A DNA stretch of 32,000 nt from an uncultured Actinomycetes bacterium (GCA_963843975.1 CAWJMG010000001.1:540001-572000); one strand, 5' to 3'; shown: positions 8,460 to 19,949, counted from the stretch's first letter. Notes: generated by a model not told the origin, from the letters alone. Program-made: numbers and translations.

Positions 8460-9290
8460 TCAGGCGAAGGTGACGGTGAGGGGGGCGTGGTCGCTCCAGC
8501 GCTCGGCGTACGACGGGGCCTTGCCCACCTCTGCCTTCACGGCGCGGGCTGCGAGCCCCGGGGTGGCGAGGGCGTAGTCGATCCGCCAGCCGCCGTCGGT
8601 GTCGAAGCCGCGCCCGCGCCACGACCACCACGTGTAGGGGCCGGGGCCGTCGCCGCCGAGCGCGCGGCCGAGGTCGGTCCAGGAGTGCTCGGCGAACCAA
8701 CGGCTGAGGTAGGCGCGCTCGTCCTCGAGGAAGCCCGCCTTGCCGCGGTTGCCCTTCCAGTTCTTGATGTCCATCTCGGAGTGGGCCACGTTGAGGTCGC
8801 CGCAGACGATCGCCTGCGCACCGTTCTTGCGGGCCGCCGCCTTGCCGAGCTCGAGCATGCGGGTCTCGACGGCGTCCAGGAAGCGGTACTTCTCCGACTG
8901 CCGTGCCTCGTCGGTCGCCTCGCCCGTGTGCACGTAGACGCTCGCGGCCACGACCTTCCCGAGCGGGGTGTCGATCTCGACCTCGACGTACCGGCCGGAG
9001 CCGGCGAACTCGTCCGGACCGACGCCGATGCGAACCTTGCGCTGCGGAGACTTCGTGAGGACGGCGACGCCCGCCCGGCCCTTGGCCTCGGCCTCGGTGT
9101 GCGCGACGGAGAGGTGGCCCAGGCCGCCCTCGGCGAGCACCTCGGCGAGCTGGTCGTCCGCGGCCCGCACCTCCTGCAGGCAGAGGATGTCGGCGTCGGC
9201 TGCGGCGAGCCACTCGAGGCCGCCGCGACGGGCGGCGGCGCGGATGCCGTTGACGTTGGCGGTGACGACGGTGAGCACGCCGTCATCCAA
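8460..9290 (-). CDS. xthA: exodeoxyribonuclease III (AP endonuclease)
   Basis: Matches ExoIII/EEP-family motifs: VVTANVNGIRAA, ILCLQEV, IVCGDLNVAH, WRIDYALATP, SDHAPLTVTF. The start is TTG 9290 (directly abutting the upstream stop) or GTG 9278. Confidence 0.9.
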   Translation of the reverse strand: MDDGVLTVVTANVNGIRAAARRGGLEWLAAADADILCLQEVRAADDQLAEVLAEGGLGHLSVAHTEAEAKGRAGVAVLTKSPQRKVRIGVGPDEFAGSGRYVEVEIDTPLGKVVAASVYVHTGEATDEARQSEKYRFLDAVETRMLELGKAAARKNGAQAIVCGDLNVAHSEMDIKNWKGNRGKAGFLEDERAYLSRWFAEHSWTDLGRALGGDGPGPYTWWSWRGRGFDTDGGWRIDYALATPGLAARAVKAEVGKAPSYAERWSDHAPLTVTFA

Positions 9291-10655
9291 TCAGCCGCCA
9301 CCCACCTCGACGCGTGCGGGCGCGGGCTGGCGCAGCAGCGCCAGACCGGTGCCGATCGCGACCATCGCACCGGCCGCGGACACGGGGATCCCGTACGCCG
9401 TGTGCGTCGCCAACGGGAAGCCCGAGAATCCGGCGCCGGCGATCGCGAGCAGGCCGGCACCCACCAACGTGGCGCCTATGCCCGCCCGCCACGGCGAGTC
9501 GCTCGGGCGCCCGGTCGCGCCGTCGAACCACGGGAGACGCAGGAACTCGACCGGCCACAGCCAGCGGACCACTGCGTAGAGCACGAGGCCGAAGCCGACC
9601 GTCGACGGGACGAGCCAGCCCCAGTAGTTGAGCCCCTCCGGGACGATGTTGCCGCCCTCGATGCGGACCGGCAGGTCGAGGTCGAGCGCGTGCAGGAGCG
9701 AGAGCCAGCCGACCAGCACGAGCATGTGCCAGAGGTAGATCGTCATCGCGAACAGCGCCGCCCGGGTGGTAGCGGCGAACGCGCGCGGCGTCGCGAAACG
9801 CGTGCGCAGCCACGGCGCGAGCAGCGCGAACCCGCCGAACAGCACGAAGGAGTGCATGACCAGCACGACCGTCGGCGGGGCCATGTTCGAGAACTTCTCC
9901 GTGGGGATGCCCACGAGCGACGTCGGGTACCAGCCGAGCACCTGCGACAGCCAGACGTTGACGGCCAGCCCCACCAGCAGCAGCGCGGCTGCCATCCGAC
10001 GGGAGATGCCCGCGCGGTACCAGTAGCCGAGCTGGTGCACGAGCACCCAGGCCAGCAGCATGTTGACCGCGCCCCACGTCTCCACGTGCTGGAGACGCAC
10101 GTAGTCGACGACCACGACACCGACGAGAAGAACGCCGACCGACCACGGCCCGGACCGCGCCCACCACCGGCTCGTCACCGGCGTCAGCGCGGTCACGGGG
10201 AGGTAGAGCGCGAGGAACCACAGCGGCCCGGTGACGCCCTGCAGCAGCGGGTCGGTGACCTCGCGGCGTACCAGCAGGGTGACCACGGTGAAGATCACTG
10301 CGAGCGCGAGCAGGTAGACCACCGTCGGCCGCATGAGCCGACGCGTGCGGTTCCACAGCCACTGGTTGTACGAGCCGGCGAACCGCTCGTAGCTGCGCTG
10401 GTTCACCGCGCCGCCGGCGATGAAGAAGAGCGGCATCACCTGGAGCAGCCAGGTGACGTACGGCCACGGCTCCCCCGAGGTGAGCGTGTTCGCCGAGGCC
10501 GGGATGCCGTCGTCGTCCCACAGCAGGATGAGCATGAGGAAGTGGCCGAGGACGACGACGAGCAGCGACCACGCGCGGACGACGTCGAGCGCGAGGTCAT
10601 GCGTCCCGGGGTCGGGGACCGGCGGCACGGGCGGCAGCGGCGTGAAGACGCGCAT
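9291..10655 (-). CDS. acyltransferase family 3 (membrane O-acyltransferase), 454 aa
   Basis: Internal ATG (MRVFTPLPP...) of ORF 9291..11684; the upstream part of that ORF is Arg-rich junk. About 10 TM segments and an N-terminal motif of the AT3 family (LDVVRAWSLLVVVLGHF). End position verified by amino-acid count. Confidence 0.8.
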   Translation of the reverse strand: MRVFTPLPPVPPVPDPGTHDLALDVVRAWSLLVVVLGHFLMLILLWDDDGIPASANTLTSGEPWPYVTWLLQVMPLFFIAGGAVNQRSYERFAGSYNQWLWNRTRRLMRPTVVYLLALAVIFTVVTLLVRREVTDPLLQGVTGPLWFLALYLPVTALTPVTSRWWARSGPWSVGVLLVGVVVVDYVRLQHVETWGAVNMLLAWVLVHQLGYWYRAGISRRMAAALLLVGLAVNVWLSQVLGWYPTSLVGIPTEKFSNMAPPTVVLVMHSFVLFGGFALLAPWLRTRFATPRAFAATTRAALFAMTIYLWHMLVLVGWLSLLHALDLDLPVRIEGGNIVPEGLNYWGWLVPSTVGFGLVLYAVVRWLWPVEFLRLPWFDGATGRPSDSPWRAGIGATLVGAGLLAIAGAGFSGFPLATHTAYGIPVSAAGAMVAIGTGLALLRQPAPARVEVGGG

Positions 10656-10666
10656 CACCCGCTCCT

Positions 10667-11155
10667 CTACAGGTCCTTCTTCAGGCGCACCGAGTACGCG
10701 TCGTACCCGAGCCTCTCGAAGAACTTCTGCGCGGCCGCGTTCTGCGCCGACGTCTCGAGGCGTACGCCGTCCAGCCCGCGCCGGGTGACGGCGGCCTCGG
10801 CGGCGTGGAACAGCGCTCTGCCGACACCGCTGCGTCGACGTTCTGGCAGCACCGCCACCTGCTCGACGTACAGCACGCGCATCTCGGCGGTGAACGGGTT
10901 GGCCGGGCGGTGCATCTCCTGCGCGTAGAGGAAGCCCACCGGGTGGCCGCCGCGCTCGGCGACGAGCACGAGCGACGTCGGGTCGCCGACCTTGTGGAGG
11001 AAGAAGTCCTCGGCGGCGCGCGGGTCGGGCACGAGGTACTCGGACGCCGACCAGTCGTGGTGCATCTGCTGCACGGCCTGGTTGAGCGCGGCCAGCGCAG
11101 GAGCGTCCATCCGCCGCGCCACCTGCACGTGCAGCCGCTCCAGGTGCGTGCTCAC
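10667..11155 (-). CDS. GNAT family N-acetyltransferase
   Basis: Acetyl-CoA binding motif QVAVLPERRRSGVGRALFHAAE and C-terminal NAAAQKFFERLGY. GTG start. Confidence 0.85.
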   Translation of the reverse strand: MSTHLERLHVQVARRMDAPALAALNQAVQQMHHDWSASEYLVPDPRAAEDFFLHKVGDPTSLVLVAERGGHPVGFLYAQEMHRPANPFTAEMRVLYVEQVAVLPERRRSGVGRALFHAAEAAVTRRGLDGVRLETSAQNAAAQKFFERLGYDAYSVRLKKDL

Positions 11156-11192
11156 GTGCCGATCCTCGCACCGTGGGGAGCCCTGATGCGGG

Positions 11193-11233
11193 ACGACGAG
11201 AGCCCCCGGCGCGATGCCGGGGGCTCTCGTCGT
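11193..11233 (-). terminator. perfect 18-bp stem / 5-nt loop hairpin downstream of icd
   Basis: ACGACGAGAGCCCCCGGC gcgat GCCGGGGGCTCTCGTCGT lies 13 nt after the icd stop. There is no U-tract, which is common in actinobacterial terminators. Confidence 0.7.
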
Positions 11234-11245
11234 ACGTGCGGACCG

Positions 11246-12460
11246 TCAGGCCATGGCCTTCTGGAGGTTCTCGTCGATCGCGTCGAGGAACTGCTCGGTG
11301 GTGAGCCACGGGGCGTCGGGGGCGATGAGCAGGGCGAGGTCCTTGGTCATCTTGCCCTCCTCCACCGTCTCGATGCAGACGCGCTCGAGGGTGTCGGCGA
11401 ACGCGGTCACCTCGGGAGTGCCGTCCATCTTGCCGCGGTACGACAGGCCCTGGGTCCAGGCGAAGATCGAGGCGATCGGGTTCGTCGAGGTGGGCTTGCC
11501 CTGCTGGTGCTGGCGGTAGTGGCGCGTCACCGTGCCGTGCGCGGCCTCGGCCTCCACCGTCTTGCCGTCCGGCGTCATGAGCACCGAGGTCATGAGGCCG
11601 AGCGAGCCGAAGCCCTGTGCGACGGTGTCGCTCTGGACGTCGCCGTCGTAGTTCTTGCAGGCCCAGACGTAGCCGCCCTCCCACTTCATGGCCGCAGCGA
11701 CCATGTCGTCGATCAGGCGGTGCTCGTACGTGATGCCCGCGGCCTCGAAGTCAGCCTTGAACTCGGCCTCGAAGACCTCGGCGAAGATGTCCTTGAACCG
11801 GCCGTCGTACGCCTTGAGGATCGTGTTCTTGGTCGAGAGGTAGACCGGCAGGCCGCGGTCGAGGCCGTAGCGCATCGACGCGCGGGCGAAGTCGCGGATC
11901 GAGTCGTCGAGGTTGTACATCGCCATCGCGACGCCACTGCCGGGGTAGTCGAACACCTCGACCTCGGTGGGCTCGCTGCCGTCCTCGGGGACGAAGGACA
12001 GCGTGAGCTTGCCCTTGCCCTTGATGACGAGATCGGTGGCGCGGTACTGGTCGCCGAAGGCGTGGCGGCCGATGATGATCGGCTTGGTCCAGCCGGGCAC
12101 GAGGCGCGGGATGTTCGAGATGACGATCGGCTCGCGGAAGATGACGCCGCCGAGGATGTTGCGGATCGTGCCGTTGGGCGACTTCCACATCTTCTTGAGG
12201 CCGAACTCCTCGACGCGCGCCTCGTCCGGCGTGATCGTCGCGCACTTCACGCCGACGCCGTACTGCTTGATGGCATTGGCCGAGTCGATGGTGACCTGGT
12301 CGTCCGTCGCGTCGCGGTTCTCGACCGACAGGTCGTAGTACTTCAGGTCGACGTCGAGGTACGGGAGGATCAGCTTGTCCTTGATGAACTGCCAGATGAT
12401 CCGCGTCATCTCGTCGCCGTCGAGCTCGACGACCGGGTTGACGACCTTGATCTTCGCCAC
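11246..12460 (-). CDS. icd: NADP-dependent isocitrate dehydrogenase (homodimeric, eukaryote-like type)
   Basis: [44 protein letters not shown]... and [19 protein letters not shown] are unmistakable IDH1-type sequence. GTG start preceded by AGGAGA. Confidence 0.95.
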   Translation of the reverse strand: MAKIKVVNPVVELDGDEMTRIIWQFIKDKLILPYLDVDLKYYDLSVENRDATDDQVTIDSANAIKQYGVGVKCATITPDEARVEEFGLKKMWKSPNGTIRNILGGVIFREPIVISNIPRLVPGWTKPIIIGRHAFGDQYRATDLVIKGKGKLTLSFVPEDGSEPTEVEVFDYPGSGVAMAMYNLDDSIRDFARASMRYGLDRGLPVYLSTKNTILKAYDGRFKDIFAEVFEAEFKADFEAAGITYEHRLIDDMVAAAMKWEGGYVWACKNYDGDVQSDTVAQGFGSLGLMTSVLMTPDGKTVEAEAAHGTVTRHYRQHQQGKPTSTNPIASIFAWTQGLSYRGKMDGTPEVTAFADTLERVCIETVEEGKMTKDLALLIAPDAPWLTTEQFLDAIDENLQKAMA

Positions 12461-12518
12461 GGTGCTCTCCTGCTTCTGGGTGTCAGACGTGCGAGTCGGT
12501 TGAAGCGAGCCGTGCGGC

Positions 12519-13940
<1,422 letters not shown>

Positions 13941-13944
<4 letters not shown>

Positions 13945-14804
13945 CGCGAGGCGAGCCCGGCCTGGCGCTCCGCGGCCTCGACCACGTTGAGGATGAGCAT
14001 CGCCCGGGTCATCGGGCCGACGCCTCCGGGCATCGGGGCGACGAAGCCGGCCACCTCGCGGACGTCCGGGTGGACGTCGCCGACGAGGCCGGCGTCGGTC
14101 CGCGTGATGCCGACGTCGAGGACGGCGGCGCCCGGCTTGACCATGTCGGCGGTGATGAGGTGGGCGACGCCCGCGGCCGCGACGACGATGTCCGCGCCCC
14201 TGGTGTGGGCGGCGATGTCGCGGGTGCCGGTGTGGCACAGGGTCACGGTGGCGTTCTCGCTCTTGCGCGTGAGCAGGAGGCCCAGCGGGCGGCCGACGGT
14301 GACGCCTCGACCGACGACGGTCACTTCGGCGCCGTTGATCGGGACGTCGTACCTGCGGAGCAGCTCGACGATGCCGCGCGGCGTGCACGGCAGCGGGGCC
14401 GGGATGTTGAGCACGAGGCGACCGAGGTTGGTCGGGTGCAGTCCGTCGGCGTCCTTGTTCGGGTCGATCAGCTCGAGCGCCCGGGCCTCGTCGAGGCCCT
14501 TCGGGAGCGGCAGCTGCACGATGTAGCCGGTGCAGGTCGGGTCCTCGTTGAGACTCAGGATGGCCTCGTCCACCTGCTGCTGCGAGGCGTCCGCCGCGAG
14601 GTCGACACGGTGGGAGGTGATGCCCACCTCGGCGCAGTCGCGGTGCTTGCCGGCGACGTACGAGTGGCTGCCGGGGTCGTCACCGACGAGCACGGTGCCG
14701 AGACCGGGCACGACGCCCGCCTCCGCGAGCCGGGCCACGCGGACCGCCAGCTCGGACTTGATCGCTGCCGCCGTGGCCTTGCCGTCCAGGATCGTCGCCG
14801 TCAC
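13941..14804 (-). CDS. folD: bifunctional methylenetetrahydrofolate dehydrogenase (NADP+) / methenyl-THF cyclohydrolase
   Basis: [19 protein letters not shown]..., [44 protein letters not shown]. Confidence 0.95.
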
Positions 14805-14816
14805 GACGGCATCCTG

Positions 14817-15278
14817 TCACGCCCCGCGCGGTGCCCCGGGCGGGTGCTCGTCCTTGAACGTGAACGCGCGGACCGATGGCCCCTCGGCGATGAGCAGGTC
14901 GAGCCGCTCCTTGGCCTCGTCCAGGGTCGGCAGGTGTCCCGCCGGCACCCACCAGAGCACGGCGTACGGCGTATCCATGGGCGTGAAGAAGGCGCGGCGC
15001 TGGCGCATGATCTCGATGTGGCCGGGCGTGAAGACGTACTGGCGGAGCGCCTCGACGTCGGTCCAGACGCTCATGTTCACGATCATGTCCTCGCCCCACG
15101 GGCGCAGGTCGGTCGCGTTGCCCGACTCCGTCTCCTGCAGCCGCCAGACGAAGCCGGGAGCGGCATCGGCCTCGGCGTTGACGGCACCGAGGTTGGAGAC
15201 GAACGGGATCAGCGCCGGGTGCTCGAGGGGCACGCGCAGGCGGGCGACGTTGAGCTGGGCGAGGTGCCAGTCGGACAT
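14817..15278 (-). CDS. DUF3291 domain protein (153 aa)
   Basis: Internal ATG (MSDWHLAQLNVARLRVPLEHPALIPFVSNL...PGFVWRLQ) of ORF 14817..15443. End fixed by amino-acid count. Confidence 0.7.
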   Translation of the reverse strand: MSDWHLAQLNVARLRVPLEHPALIPFVSNLGAVNAEADAAPGFVWRLQETESGNATDLRPWGEDMIVNMSVWTDVEALRQYVFTPGHIEIMRQRRAFFTPMDTPYAVLWWVPAGHLPTLDEAKERLDLLIAEGPSVRAFTFKDEHPPGAPRGA

Positions 15279-15309
15279 GCCGTCACCCTGGCACAGCCCC
15301 TGGCGATGA

Positions 15310-16224
15310 TCACGCGGGTTGCGGCACCGGCACGCAGACGGTGAGAGCGCCAGGGCGGAGGGTGACGTGCAGCGCGGCACGGGGCTCGACCAGGTCGCCG
15401 TCGATCTCGGCAGGAAGGGTCTCGGGCCAGCGGATCCGGACATCGCGCGCCCTGAGCGTGCGCATCTGGAAGTGGCGCGGGCTCCGCTTCAGCACGAGGT
15501 TCCACGCCAGCCCGGCCCAGTTGCGGAGGCGGAGCGGCGTGAGCACCGCGACGTGCAGGCGGGCGTCGTCGGCCTCGGCGTCCGGCAGCAGCTCGATGCC
15601 GGCGGTCAGTGTGCCGACATTGCCCACGACGACCCCGACCGCGGGCACCGTGACGGCCTCTCGGTCGGTGACGATCTCGACGTCGTACGCCTTCGCCGCG
15701 CGCACGGCGCGGATGCCGGCGCTGACGTACGCCGCCCAGCCGACGCGCGACTTGAGGTCGTCCGACGTCAGCTCGAACAGCAGCGCGTCGAAGCCGCTGC
15801 CGCCCATGACGACGTAGGGCTCGCCATCCATCTCGAGCACGTCGACCTCGCGCCGTCCGCCCGCCGCCACGACCGCCACGGCGTCCTCGAGGACGCGCGG
15901 AACGTCGAGGTTGCGGGCGAGCAGGTTCCCGGTGCCGGCGGGCAGGAGACCGAGCGGCACAGGCTGGCCGGCGAGCGTCGCGGCGCAGGCGCGCACGGTG
16001 CCGTCGCCTCCTTGGGCGAGGACGAGGTCTGCGCCGTCCGCGAGCGCCTGCCTCGCCTGGCCCTCGCCCGGGTCGTCCTCGGTGGTCTCGTACCAGGTCG
16101 GCATCGGGAGTCCGTTGTCGGCGAAGGCCTTCTCGACCGCGGCGCGGTTGTCGTCGTCCACCTTGGTCGGGTTGACGACGACAGCGGGACGCTCGACCGG
16201 TCGGACGGTCGACGGCGTGGTCAC
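15310..16224 (-). CDS. diacylglycerol kinase catalytic-domain lipid kinase (YegS/BmrU-like)
   Basis: VVVNPTK..., GGDGTVRACA and LGLLPAGTGNLLARNL are motifs of the DAGK_cat family. The GTG start overlaps the PAP2 stop (GTGA at 16221-16224). Confidence 0.8.
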   Translation of the reverse strand: MTTPSTVRPVERPAVVVNPTKVDDDNRAAVEKAFADNGLPMPTWYETTEDDPGEGQARQALADGADLVLAQGGDGTVRACAATLAGQPVPLGLLPAGTGNLLARNLDVPRVLEDAVAVVAAGGRREVDVLEMDGEPYVVMGGSGFDALLFELTSDDLKSRVGWAAYVSAGIRAVRAAKAYDVEIVTDREAVTVPAVGVVVGNVGTLTAGIELLPDAEADDARLHVAVLTPLRLRNWAGLAWNLVLKRSPRHFQMRTLRARDVRIRWPETLPAEIDGDLVEPRAALHVTLRPGALTVCVPVPQPA

Positions 16225-16982
16225 AGCGCGGCCTTCTCCTCATGGTTCGACACCGCGTCCGGGACGGGCGCGGGGTCAGGCTCGGGATACGGCTTCAGCA
16301 CGGCGACCACCACGATCAGCCACAGCAGCCCGCCGAGGGCGCCGAACATCACGTCGGTCGCGAAGTGCATGCCCCGGTACATCCGCGACAGTCCGACGGC
16401 CACGGGCACGAGGCACAGCACGAGGATCAGCGGAAGGGCGAGCAGCCTGTTCTCGACGTACCGCCAGACGATCACGGCGAGGCAGACGTAGAGCGCCACG
16501 GCGGCGCCCGTGTGGCCGGAGGGGTAGCTCGACGTCGGCGGAGCGGCGTCGAGCTTGGGCACGTCGGGCCGCTCGCGGCCGACGCCCGAGGTGAGGGCCA
16601 GGAAGTACAGCAGCTCGCCGAAGATCGCCGCGAGGACCACGAGCGAGGCCGTCCACCGGTGGGTGAGCAGCCGCAGCAGGAAGAAGACGACCACGGTGAC
16701 GGCGATCGCGACCGGGGTGTCCGACAAGCTCGACCCGATGTGCGTGAGCGAGTCCAGCGACGGCGTGCGCACGCTGACCCACCACTCCGCGACGAACTGG
16801 TCCCACTCCCGCACGCCCGCGAGCGCCGACCAGCGCGTGAGCGCGAAGCCGATCGCGAGCAGCAGCACGGTGAGCGCGAGCATCCCCGCGACGAGGAGAC
16901 CCGCCTCGCGCTTGCCCCAGCTCCGGGCGCTGGCGATCGGCGCCTGCGCCTCGTCAGACCTGCGCCCCTGAGACTCCAACAC
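16221..16982 (-). CDS. PAP2-superfamily phosphatase (membrane)
   Basis: Carries the acid-phosphatase signature elements ...SYPSGHTGAA... and ...SRMYRGMHFATDV... between TM segments. The start may lie downstream of 16982, since there is a 29-nt overlap with the upstream gene. Confidence 0.75.
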   Translation of the reverse strand: MLESQGRRSDEAQAPIASARSWGKREAGLLVAGMLALTVLLLAIGFALTRWSALAGVREWDQFVAEWWVSVRTPSLDSLTHIGSSLSDTPVAIAVTVVVFFLLRLLTHRWTASLVVLAAIFGELLYFLALTSGVGRERPDVPKLDAAPPTSSYPSGHTGAAVALYVCLAVIVWRYVENRLLALPLILVLCLVPVAVGLSRMYRGMHFATDVMFGALGGLLWLIVVVAVLKPYPEPDPAPVPDAVSNHEEKAAL

Positions 16983-17814
16983 GTCGGTACCTCGCTTCCA
17001 CCAGTGCGTATACGCCGAAGATCAGGAGGCCGAGAGAGGCAAGGACGAGCAGGGCGTTGCCGAAGGGAAGGTCGCGCAACGACTTGAGGGCCCCGTCCAT
17101 GCCGGTGGCGTCCTTCTTGTCGCCCGTCATTGCGGCGACGACGAGCAATACGCCGATGAGGACGACGACGAGCCCGCGGGCAATGGATCCGACCGTCCCC
17201 GTCCAGCGTGCGAGCCGCCGCGTGGACTCGTTCATGTCGGAGTGGTCCAGGTACGTGAGGAACTTGTGGCGCCAGCCCTCGATCACGAGGCCGATACCAG
17301 CCGCGGCGACCGCGAGCCCGGCAACCAGCACGATGACCGTGCCCCCGGGCCAGGTGAGCGCCTGCTCCACGAGGCCGCGCTGCTGGCCGGCCTGGGTCGA
17401 ACGAGACCCGAGCAGCACCGACACCGCCGTGACCGCGAGGATCGAGTAGACGACGCCGCGTCCGAGGGACTTCAGCCGGGCCGACGTGCTGTTGCCATCG
17501 CCGACCGGGCCGCTGACGGCCTCCGCGAAGCGCCAGAGCGCGTACCCCACGAAGCCGACGGCGCACAGCAGCACCAGCACGGTGCCGAACGGCCGCTCGA
17601 GCAGCTCCCGCAGGGCTCCCTTCTGGTCCAGCTCGGCCCGGTTGCCCGCGGCCAGCGAGAGCCCGAGGAAGCCGATGACGAGGTAGACGAGGGCACGAGC
17701 GGTGAGCCCAAGGCGTGCGGCCCAGCCCATGGGCTGCGAGGAGGCGACGTCGTCGACGACGTCGCCCACACTCGTTGTGACGCCCTGGCCGGTCGCGTCG
17801 CCCTGGGCGCTCAC
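16954..17814 (-). CDS. DUF1206 domain membrane protein
   Basis: Three repeats of a paired-TM unit: LTARALVYLVIGFLGLSLA, LGRGVVYSILAVTAV, IARGLVVVLIGVLLV. GTG start. Confidence 0.7.
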   Translation of the reverse strand: MSAQGDATGQGVTTSVGDVVDDVASSQPMGWAARLGLTARALVYLVIGFLGLSLAAGNRAELDQKGALRELLERPFGTVLVLLCAVGFVGYALWRFAEAVSGPVGDGNSTSARLKSLGRGVVYSILAVTAVSVLLGSRSTQAGQQRGLVEQALTWPGGTVIVLVAGLAVAAAGIGLVIEGWRHKFLTYLDHSDMNESTRRLARWTGTVGSIARGLVVVLIGVLLVVAAMTGDKKDATGMDGALKSLRDLPFGNALLVLASLGLLIFGVYALVEARYRRVGVSGAQV

Positions 17815-17901
17815 GCGCGAGCCCGTCGGGTGGCGATGTGCATGGGTGCTGGGTACCCCTATGCGGACGCTTCTACACCTGCTCGTCCGGACTTTCCGCC
17901 G

Positions 17902-18657
17902 TCACCGCAGCAGCAGGTTGAGACCGGCCAGCACGGTGGAGGCGAGCACGAGCCACTCGAACTGGTGCTGCTGGATCCGCTTGATGAGCTCGCGGCCGAG
18001 CCAGGCGCCGACCACGACGAACGGCGCCACGAGCAGGGCGATGAGCGCGCCGTCCCACGTGAGCAGCCCCAAGCCGAGCGAGAGCGGCACCTTGGTGACG
18101 TTGATGAGGAAGAACAACCAGGTGGTCGTGCCGAGGAACGCGAGCATCTCGAGGCGCACGCCGAGGAGGTAGACCGACATCACCGCTCCCCCGGCGTTGG
18201 CGATCATGCTCGTGAAGCCGGACGTGGCGCCGGCCGAGACGGTCACCGCGCGCGGCAGCGAGCGGAGGCCGTCACCGTGCTCGGTGCGACGACGCACCCA
18301 CAGGTGCAGCGCGACCAGGACGAGCAGCAGCCCGCCGATCGTCCGCCGCAGGCCTCCGTCGCCGACCCTCGTGAGGAAGACGACGCCGACGACGATGCCG
18401 ATCCCGACGGGGAGCGCGAGGCGTCGGAGCGTGGGCCAGTGGGCGTGGCTGCGGTAGGCGAGCAGCGCGAAGACGTCGCCGACCAGGAAGAGCAGCAGCA
18501 CGGATCCGGTCGACTGCCGCGCTGGCAGCACCGACGCGAAGATGCCGACGGTGATCAGACCGGCACCGCTGATGCCGGTCTTGGAGAACCCGGCGCAGGC
18601 ACCGCCGAGCGCGAGGAGCACCCACGCGAGGGTGCCGAGGTCGGCGCTCATGCGCAC
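17902..18657 (-). CDS. TauE/SafE family anion (sulfite/sulfonate) exporter-like permease
   Basis: The 251-aa polytopic protein has the typical two-half architecture and Gly-rich TM segments (GISGAGLITVGIFA..., GATSGFTSMIANAGGAVMSVYLL). It lies 36 nt downstream of E2 on the same strand. Confidence 0.8.
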   Translation of the reverse strand: MRMSADLGTLAWVLLALGGACAGFSKTGISGAGLITVGIFASVLPARQSTGSVLLLFLVGDVFALLAYRSHAHWPTLRRLALPVGIGIVVGVVFLTRVGDGGLRRTIGGLLLVLVALHLWVRRRTEHGDGLRSLPRAVTVSAGATSGFTSMIANAGGAVMSVYLLGVRLEMLAFLGTTTWLFFLINVTKVPLSLGLGLLTWDGALIALLVAPFVVVGAWLGRELIKRIQQHQFEWLVLASTVLAGLNLLLR

Positions 18658-18693
18658 ACCTTCTCGTACGCCGTCCCGCCGACTTCCTTGCGC

Positions 18694-19947
18694 TCAGACG
18701 AGGATGCGCGCGGGTGCCTCGAGCAGCCCGACGAACGCCCGCATCCACTCCGCTGCGGCAGCGCCGTCGACCGGGCGGTGGTCGACCGACAGCGTCACGT
18801 GCATGACGGTTCCGACGGCGAGAGCACCGTCGATGACGACCGGTTCCGGACGAGCCGCGCCGACGGCGAGGATCGAGGCCTGCGGCGGGTTGATGATCGC
18901 CGCGAAGTCCTCGGTGCCGAACATGCCGAGGTTGCTCACGCTGATCGTGCCGCCCTCGAGCTCGCTCTGCTGCAGGCGCTTGTCCTTGGCCCGGGCCGCG
19001 AGGTCGGCCGTGGTCGCGGCGAGCTCGCCCAGCGACAGCCGGTCGGCGCCGCGCACGACCGGGGTGACGAGGCCGCTCTCGGTGGCGACGGCGATCGCGA
19101 CGTCGACGCGCGAGAAGTGCCGGATGGCGTCGCCGGTCCAGATCACGTTGAGCGAGGGCACGAGGGTGTGCGCCTTGCCGACCGCTTTCACGACCAGGTC
19201 GTTGACCGACACCTTGATGTCGCCGCCGTCGTTGATCTCCTTGCGGAGCTCGAGGAGGCGGTCGACACGCGCGGAGCCGCGCACGTAGAAGTGCGGCGCG
19301 GTCGTCTTGCTCTCGGTGAGCCGCGCCGCGATGGCGTTGCGCAGCCGGGAGTTCGGCTCGTCGACGTACTCGGCGTCGCCGGTGAGGACCACGGGCTTCG
19401 GTGCAGCGGCGGGAGCCGGTGCTGCCGGCGCCGAGGGGGCTGCGGGTGCTGACGCGAGGTGGGCCTCGACGTCCCGACGACGGATCCGACCGCCCGGGCC
19501 GGTGCCGTCGAGCGCGGCGAGGTCGACGCCCGCGTCGCGGGCGATCTTGCGAGCGAGCGGGCTTGCGAACACACGTTCGCCATGAGCCGCTGGCGCGGCT
19601 GCCACGGGTGCTGCAACGACGGGCTCGGCGGGCGCTGCCGCAGGCGCGTCAGCCGCGGGGTCGGCACTGATGCCCAGCGCGGCGATCGCAGCATCGTCCG
19701 CCGACTCCCCCACAGCACCGGTGACGGCGATGGGCGAGCCGACCTCGACGGTCGCGCCCGCCTCGGCGAGGAGACGGAGCAGGACGCCGTCGGCCTCGGC
19801 CTCGACGTCGACGACGGCCTTGTCGGTCTCGATCGTCACGAGCAGGTCGCCGGCGGCGTACGCCTGGCCGACCGGCACGTTCCAGGCCGAGAGGATGGCC
19901 TCGGTCGCACCGGCGGCCACCTCCGGCATGCGCAGGATCTCAGGCAC
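18694..19947 (-). CDS. dihydrolipoamide acyltransferase, E2 component of a 2-oxoacid/acetoin-type dehydrogenase complex
   Basis: Contains a lipoyl domain (ETDKAVVDVEA), Ala/Pro linkers, a peripheral-subunit-binding domain (ASPLARKIARDAGVDLAALDGTGPGGRIRRRDV) and the catalytic motif DHRPVDG. GTG 19947 follows GGAGG. There is a 2-nt gap to the E1 stop. Confidence 0.9.
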   Translation of the reverse strand: MPEILRMPEVAAGATEAILSAWNVPVGQAYAAGDLLVTIETDKAVVDVEAEADGVLLRLLAEAGATVEVGSPIAVTGAVGESADDAAIAALGISADPAADAPAAAPAEPVVAAPVAAAPAAHGERVFASPLARKIARDAGVDLAALDGTGPGGRIRRRDVEAHLASAPAAPSAPAAPAPAAAPKPVVLTGDAEYVDEPNSRLRNAIAARLTESKTTAPHFYVRGSARVDRLLELRKEINDGGDIKVSVNDLVVKAVGKAHTLVPSLNVIWTGDAIRHFSRVDVAIAVATESGLVTPVVRGADRLSLGELAATTADLAARAKDKRLQQSELEGGTISVSNLGMFGTEDFAAIINPPQASILAVGAARPEPVVIDGALAVGTVMHVTLSVDHRPVDGAAAAEWMRAFVGLLEAPARILV

Positions 19948-19949
19948 GA

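Noticed and set aside
17864-17889. Hairpin CGGACG-N14-CGTCCG after the TauE gene.
   Set aside because: A 6-bp stem with a 14-nt loop is marginal stability and cannot be distinguished from chance in GC-rich DNA.
19380-19700. Low-complexity Ala/Pro-rich stretches in the E2 gene (PAADAPAAAPAEPVVAAPVAAAPAA and ASAPAAPSAPAAPAPAAAPKP).
   Set aside because: These are the standard flexible inter-domain linkers of E2 acyltransferases, not an independent repeat feature.
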